Shown here piece by piece: positions 56,524-64,000 of a stretch of DNA of 64,000 bases (its first letter is position 1; every line of letters starts with the position of its first letter). Both the position numbers and the translations under genes were made by a program. Origin of the DNA: Octopus vulgaris (Eukaryota); NCBI GenBank assembly GCA_951406725.2, contig OX597815.1, positions 67,704,001 through 67,768,000 of the forward strand, read 5' to 3'. Under the pieces are notes generated by a model, which was given only the letters and a program-made list of their open reading frames with translations, ran no database searches and was not told the DNA's origin.

Positions 56524-56869
56524 TGTATGTATGTATGTATGTATGTATGAGTATCCGTATACGAACATATTGAATAACGACCGGTTTTCCTGAAAAAAAT
56601 TAAACTCGCACGACGACTTGAAATTTGATCAACGAACCTCGTGCAGACTACATATGCGTACAAGTGACTGACTAGGTGCCAATTCGCTTACCAAATTTAA
56701 ATTTAAACAAACCACGAGTAGACTATGCTTGCGTATAAGTGCTAGGAACTGCTAGGAACGGCTTCGAACGGTTTATTTCTATTTATGTGTATTTCAAATT
56801 GTTACAAACAATTTGGCTGAAGAACAGGGTACCGGAACAGATTACGCTTGTAGTTAGAGACCCCTCTTT

Positions 56870-57488
56870 ATACACACATACGCATACACTCCTCGAACAA
56901 GCACGTCTTGACTGCTATACACAAACGTTTGCACACATGCACGTACAAACACGCACACGCACAACTGACAGTCTCACACACACCTAATAGCGTCACACAC
57001 ACGTACTACAGTCTCACATGCATATACACACATACATAAATACATAGAACACACATCACGCCACACGACGCATGCACTGGTTTACTTATACACATATACA
57101 CACGCTTCCATACGTACACACAGGCTCACATGATTTTTAGCTCACCCACACATACATTCACACTCGCTCGCCCCCATTCACACATACACACTCACACACA
57201 CACCATTCTTACATACACTCATGCGCTTGCGCACACCATTTCAGCTGGGTCACCGTTATTATCTCCCACACACACAGCCTCTTTTGGTCATTTTATCATG
57301 TGAAACCGTCATTCCCTACATATTTTTCTCCTTTTTATGTTCTCTCTTCATTTTTTTCCTCTTATCCCTTCCTGACGAAGAGCATAGGCTCAAAACGTCA
57401 GAGACTTTTCCATTCTTCCCGAACGTCAAACTAATACACGTGTTTATTGTTCCGTCACTTGTCTTTGACTTTCTTTTGTTTAAATTTG

Positions 57489-57492
<4 letters not shown>
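56870..57492 (+). mobile_element. 3' region/pLTR of the Neptune-like PLE family with a minimal hammerhead motif
   Basis: CA-rich region and CACACCATTCT.ACATACACTCA shared with ~31315. CTGACGA-A-GAGC atag GCTC-aAAA-CGTC at 57372-57399. Ends in (TA)n. Confidence 0.75.
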
Positions 57493-57585
<93 letters not shown>

Positions 57586-57772
57586 ATGCTGGAATTCACA
57601 AAAAAAAAAAAAAACGGTGACAGATAGTATACACAACAAACATGTATTAGTATAACGCTCGGGAATTGAAAACGTTTTTAACGTTCGAGCCTACGCTCTT
57701 CTACAGAAAGGAACGCAGAAAGAAACAAGGAGAGAACATCCAGAATGTGTAGTGGCTAGCGATTTATCATGA
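57586..57772 (-). mobile_element. Related pLTR fragment, tail to tail with the previous element across (TA)n
   Basis: Homologous to 9430-9620 (ACGTTCGAGCCTACGCTCTTCTACAGAAAGGAAC). Confidence 0.7.
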
Positions 57773-58271
57773 CGTAAAATAGATATGAATATGTGTGTGT
57801 GAGTGTGTGTGTCTGTGTGTGTATGCGTATATATATATATATACACACATAATATACATATGTATATATCTACACACACATACATATAAAAAGTAGGTTG
57901 CAATGTTTCACAGAAAGGAGAATTATAATAGTCACAAAATATGACTAAGGTGTTAAGAAACGCCTACATTGCTAGAAATACGAGCTAAAATACTTTAATG
58001 CTGTAGTTAACGCACGTGAATGAAAACATGCATTATATATATTTATTTATTTATTCTCATAACTCCTTTTTATTTACTGTTCGGTCTATAGGTCTCATCT
58101 TATTGTATTTGAATCTATTCTTCTTCCTCTGTCATGCCCGCTTATAAATACCTGAGCAGCTTACGTTGCTGACACCACCAAATTTAATATTCTTGTAGGA
58201 AGGTATCAAAATTGTGATGTTATTTGCTCGACAATTGGTGATGTATAAGCTTGTTTGCGGCTTGTATGAGT

Positions 58272-58326
<55 letters not shown>

Positions 58327-58379
58327 CCATTATAAGAGTTATGGCGAAGGCTGTGTGATATAAGTAGACATGTCTATAT

Positions 58380-58725
58380 GATTAAGAAATTCACTTCGTA
58401 ACCACGTGGTTCCTAGTTCAGTACCATTGTGTGGCACTTTAAGGAAGTCTTCTACTATAGCCCAAGCTGGCCAATGTTTTATAAATTTAGTAGACGGAAA
58501 CTGCGACGGAGACTGTGTTTCTTTGTGTTTATGCTATTTTCTCCACCAGCACCATCAATTAGTACCGATGTTAGTTTGTTTGCTTTCCCGTAACAAACCG
58601 ATAAAATAAAGTACCAAATTTAAAATAAGTTCCGAGTCGATTTATTTTTGACAAGACCCTTCGAGGCGGTGTTCCAGCAAAGTCGCAATGCCGCAGTCCT
58701 ATAACAGAAACAAGTAAATGATAAA
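58380..58725 (+). mobile_element. SINE family B copy, decayed
   Basis: Homologous to 3281-3680. Confidence 0.7.
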
Positions 58726-61619
58726 CAATAAAAAAAATCACACCGAATTTGATATAGAAATAAAGAAACCGATTGCGTAAGATAACGAATGGGGAGCTTG
58801 ATTTTCTTGTTATTAAGCGAGAAATATCTTAAAATGTTACATCAGGGATCACCTGCTTAGTTGTGCATAGAAACAGATGTTATCGGTTGTAATATGTGTG
58901 TTAGAACAAACACTTCAAAGGAGATAATGATGACACGGCGAAGAAGAATAACTGTATATTCTTCAAATGGAAAGGCTGATTACAGAGAATACTGAAGATT
59001 TGATGTGAAAGCAGGCATATATTATTGATTATACAGTTTGGGAGCAATAGGAACCGGCAGATTGTTGTTAGTGATAGTGGGATGTTGTTTAACACCGAGT
59101 CAGGCCTTGACGGACAGGCTAATGATCTAAGGCATTCCAGTCCTGACCATTTCGTTGATTTTCTTGTATATAGGAAACACAGAACCACTTTATCCAACGC
59201 ATTACTTTTTCTTCTTTTTTTTAAGAGTCGAAATTGCGGTTTAGAAGATTTTGGCTGCTATTTCTAACCGGTAAGGAAGTTACATAAAAACTCTCGTTGG
59301 TTCTAGGTATGGAAGTAATAATAAAATAATAAATGCTAATTCTAAGTTGTAAGTTATCAGATGTCCAATGTTCTAAAAAGATAAAAGCAATTTGTTCGAT
59401 GCACCAAAAGATATCTTAAGTAGTTGGCTGTCACATAATAACATGACATGAATTTAGAGAGAACCATATTTATTACAAAATGAAAAAAATGGTAAATTTG
59501 CATTCATTAACATATATTAACACTTATTAACATACATTAACGTTTACTGGATTAATAAAACCTATTTCAATTGCAACAGCTGATTTTACATAAAAAAGAA
59601 AGCAGCATTAGCTATGCATGTATGGCTGTGTGGTTAATAACTTCGCATCTGGCTTCGGGTTCCATTGCTCTGTGTGACATCTCAAACAAATATCTTTTAC
59701 CATAGTCATGGAAATCATCAATGTCTTGTAGCACAGAGACTGCGTGAAATCTCGTCAACGGAATCGCTTTGTTTTGGTTTGATATTGCCGCCTGGTTCTT
59801 TTTGAGGTGCCCTTAGTAAACTCCATTCCGTTACAAGCATTCTGACTAGATCTCCGTTATGAGGACACCTTTCTCCCATTCTTGCACCAGTCTAGGAGAT
59901 CATGCCCATCATGATATTCTTTTTGTAGTCACTTACGCTACAGTGGCTGGAGGCCACAGTAGAGTAAGTGACTACAAAGAAGGAAAAGAAGGGCTTACAA
60001 ATTCAAAATAAATCAATTAACAGAAAGCTTAAAGGACTGATTATCTTAGACTAGAGGAAAACAATACGATAGTATTGAGTTTCTGAAAGCAACAGTTTGA
60101 GGAAAGGAGATATTAGAACAAAAGCATTTATGACTAACAGGAAGTTCGATAGAGGAAGGACACACTTGGAAAAAGAAGTGGATGACAAGTTTAAATGTCT
60201 TGCTTAAAACATTAAAAAGAAAATTGATATAAGTAATTTGGAAATGTAGTCAATGCTGGTTAGATGAAATATATAAACAAACTACCGAGTCTGCCGTGCA
60301 GTGGGTAGAATAAACTAAATTGAGACTTTCAGCAACGAATCGTCACCCCAGGAATCTAAATGTTACACAGAAACAAACTAGTTTGAAACAGCTATTCTAT
60401 TTACCGTAGGGCAGATTCATAACTTAAGGCGGCCAATTAGAAAATCCGTTACAATGGCGGATAGATTTCTGTATGGTAACTGTTACGGCTCTCTACGTTC
60501 TGAGTTCAGATCCTGCTGCAGTCAAATATGCTTTCATCTTTTCAGGAGCGAGAGATAAACTACCATTACTGGAGTCAATTTTTTTTTTTTTTTTTTCACT
60601 TTCTCTCACTCTTTATTTTTGTCTGTCTGTCTTTGTTCTGAAAGAAATCAGCTGTGATATGATCAAGAAAGATATGGGCTCCACTAGGTCTCAAATTGCC
60701 CAAGATATTCTGTATGTCAGCACGGTATTCTTGTAGCTCTATCAAGAAGATAACTCAAGGCAAGATTCATAATTACAGAGAACAAAACGCGATCTTTTCT
60801 TTTTTCATAAATCGGACGAAAATTTTAAATATAATAGATATGACGCTTTTTAAAAAAACATTTACTTGACACGGATACGATCACACTTACCTATATCACG
60901 TTTGAACACTTAGTTGAATTAAATGGAATGTGTCATTAAGAGATGAGTATCTTCAGCAATAATTACTAGTTACACTGCGAAAAGATATTGTAATATTAAC
61001 GGCAGACATTTTGAACAAGACTCGAAGTTGGGAGTAGAAGTGTGAAAATTAACACGATATTACCACTATAGATAATGAAACACCTATATGCCACGAAAAA
61101 GAGATTATCGGACACATACGTGTTCATGACAAAACTATCATCACCAGTCGCGTTGTGTTTTAATCAATTCAGGTTTACCCTTATAACGCTTTACATATTC
61201 AGATATATCGAATAGATACATCGAAATACCAAGGAAATACATCGAAATACCAAGGAATCAAGAGAGTTAACCCAACAATATTTTAGAGCTAGTTTTCTGT
61301 CTTCTCTAGCAGAAGATTTCTATTGAAAGAAAAAAAAACGGAAAGGAAAAAAGTCAAATTAAAAATAAGGTAACAAGAAAAAACTTCCATTTACATAAAG
61401 AAATGTGTCTATTAACAATGGGAGAAACCATATCTCAAACTGCTTTGTTACAAGATATTCCTTCATTCATTTTTTTTTTTTTTTCATTTTTCGTTCTCTT
61501 CGATCATTTTTTAAATTCAAAATGGTGGCACTGCTTCTATTATTCTTATCTTACTTTAACTCTCAGTTACAGTGTTTCTCATTACTTTTTGCACTTTTCC
61601 ATTGCCTTTTATCACTTTC

Positions 61620-61679
<60 letters not shown>

Positions 61680-61707
61680 TAACAATAATAATAATAATAA
61701 TAATAAC

Positions 61708-61800
<93 letters not shown>

Positions 61801-61810
61801 AAGAAGAAGA
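61620..61810. repeat. (AAT)n-(AAG)n compound microsatellite
   Basis: Direct reading. The same compound occurs at 53225-53357. Confidence 0.97.
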
Positions 61811-61811
61811 A

Positions 61812-62030
61812 TGGTTTCAAATTTTGGCACAAAGGAGGCAATTTGGAGGAGGGGAGGCAGATCGATTACATCGATCTCATTACTTGTTTGGTACTTATTT
61901 TTACCGACCCCGAAAAGATGAAAAGTAAAGCGTGCCTCGTTGGGATTCGTACTAAGAACGTAAAGAGCCGGAATAAAGGTTACCAGGCATTTTATCCGAC
62001 GTACTAAGGATTCTGCCAGGTCACCGACCT
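61812..62030 (-). mobile_element. SINE family A copy
   Basis: Reverse-complement match, with its tail running into (AAT)n. Confidence 0.7.
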
Positions 62031-62054
62031 AAAGACAATAATAGTAATTATTTC

Positions 62055-62142
62055 CATTTGACGGATATTTGTCCTCATCTCTTTAACAACGTTTCGGCTG
62101 GATTCTCATTCCTAAGGTATTTTTCGATTAAGGTATTTTTCG

Positions 62143-62195
<53 letters not shown>

Positions 62196-63215
62196 TACCA
62201 TTCAGGTCTCTATCTGGAATCGAACGATCTTAACCGCTACGCCATATGCTTGTGGACAATTATGGAGTGAATTTTAGGGCTTATAAATCTCCTATCCTTC
62301 CTTAATACCGGTTCCCATATGCTGCTCATATCTGCACTCGGTCTGCTTAGGAGGTTCCTATATCCTAGCATATGTGCTGCTTCTTTTAGTTTTTCGTATT
62401 TTCCAGGGGTGTTCTCTGTCTATTATTTTAACTTCATCCCACAGGGAGAGGTAGTCTCCATTTTTACATACATGAACAGCTGTACCCGATTTATCAATAT
62501 CTCCTCGTGTCACAGCTTTGCGATGTTAGTCTACCCTTATTTTGAGGGAATGGCATGTTTCGCCTTTGTATAACCTACCACAGTTGAATGGGATGGAGTA
62601 CACGCAGTTTTTGATCAAATTCTCTTCTATTAATAATTTTACTCGATGGAGATATTTGCGAAGTGTTGTATTACTCTTGAATACTGCCCTAATGTCATGT
62701 GGGCCGTACATCTTTTGTATCTTATCGGAGAGGCCTTTCATATAGAGTTGACAGACTGTGGACAGTTTATTGGTTTCATCCTCTTTTTTTCTTCAAATTG
62801 GGGTGGATAGTATGTTTTTGGTGTAGTTCTTGCTTAATGGATTGTAACTGAGCTTGATCAATTCTTCGTGGTGGGTATCACGATCGCTATTTATATACTT
62901 TGCTCGATGTTTTAGGCACTGAGCAATCCCTCTCTTTACACTGTATGGATGGTGGGAATTGAAGTTGAGGTATCGTCCAGTGAAGGTCGGCTTGCGGTAT
63001 ACTGATGTCCTGAATCCATACTTGGTGCATGTTATTAATACGTCCAGTAATGCTAGCTGATTGTCTTTTTCTTTTTCCATTGTGAACTATATGGATGGAT
63101 TTATTGAGATCACATGATCTAATAGCACTTGGACATCTTTCTGGTGGGGCCAGAGTATAAAGATGTCATCAACATATCACAGCCATATGGTTGCTTTTAG
63201 ATATGCGGCCCATAT
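62055..63215 (-). mobile_element. 5'-truncated Penelope/Poseidon-like element (RT C-terminus, GIY-YIG, 3' pLTR)
   Basis: YVDDIFILWP, FTMEKEKDNQLALLDVLI..VYRKPTFTGRYLNFNSHHP, NCVYSIPFNCGRLYKGET. The 3' region holds a tRNA-like remnant and the half hammerhead GCCGAAACGTTGTT. Confidence 0.9.
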
Positions 63216-63599
63216 GACATCAGGACAGTATTCAAGAGTAATAACAAGTACGTAAATTAATTAGTTACGTATACATCCAACTGTTTATACGTACATGTAT
63301 ACATGTTAATACTTATTCACCAGGTAAATAATGTTAATACAATACACACATACGCACACAAAATGACATATCATAAACGAAAGAAAACAAAACAACAATA
63401 AAACGACTTTACACTAACAAAGACAAAATATGCAAATAATCACTGAATTTAAATCACCAATAAACTGTCATATATCTAGAAGAAAAAAAATAGAAGCGAA
63501 TTTCGTTCTGTAAGCGATATGCGATTACAATATAAAATAAAATGGAAGTACGAGCTGACGCCAGAACACTAGTTTGATGAAATAGTACAGAAGTTAAAC

Positions 63600-64000
63600 A
63601 AAAAGGTCCAGGCCAAAGCAGTTCATATACCCCACTTTGTAAAACGATATATACCCCACTTTGTAAAATGATTCAGTTCCTCCAAAGATAATAGCATGAT
63701 TAAAATTAATCCAAAGAGGTTTATAGGCATATTGAAACAACACCATCATAATAGAAGTCCTCTAAGTGCATGAAATGCAGGAAATCTGGAGGAAAATTTG
63801 GGCAGTTGAAAAGGATCATAACTGTGATATTTCATAAATTAATAGTCGAGAAGAACCCGAGCTTATAAGAGGCCAAATATGAGATAAGTGTAGAAGATAT
63901 CAGACTCACATTAAAAAAGTTCAGTCACCTTGTATGGATAAGATCCCGAACTATTGTCTCAATGTGTAAACTCAGACAAGAAACTTCATGTTACAACGCA
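63600..64000 (+). mobile_element. Decayed non-LTR (R4-like) pre-RT/RT N-terminal fragment, running off the window
   Basis: EISVEDIRLTLKKF..SPCMDKIPNYCL resembles the (K)SPGxDxIxNYWLK motif. Confidence 0.5.

Overview
AT-rich, repeat-saturated animal genomic DNA, intronic or intergenic. The SINE families and microsatellite load suggest a cephalopod (Octopus-like); this is an inference. No host protein-coding exon can be supported, and nearly all listed ORFs are translations of microsatellites. Recognisable content: two abundant tRNA-derived SINE families; decayed DNA transposons (a mariner with long TIRs, two DD37D/maT copies, a Chapaev3-like copy with TTA TSD, a Tc1 MITE, Helitron/Helentron-type elements); several R4/Dong-like RLE retrotransposon fragments in (TAA)n tracts, one with a twin-priming-type 5' inversion; and Penelope-like elements (PLEs) of three clades (Neptune-, Poseidon- and Naiad-like). 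The most interesting signal is a set of mutually unrelated short non-coding elements, mostly in (TA)n tracts, with a shared 'inverted segment + direct or partially tandem segment' layout. Many carry minimal type-I hammerhead ribozyme motifs (about a dozen loci, some with very long stem II or variant cores). One carries a tRNA-Thr(CGT)-like gene in a 300-bp unit instead, and another carries an unidentified highly structured RNA in a ~358-bp unit. All alignments and folds were read by eye.
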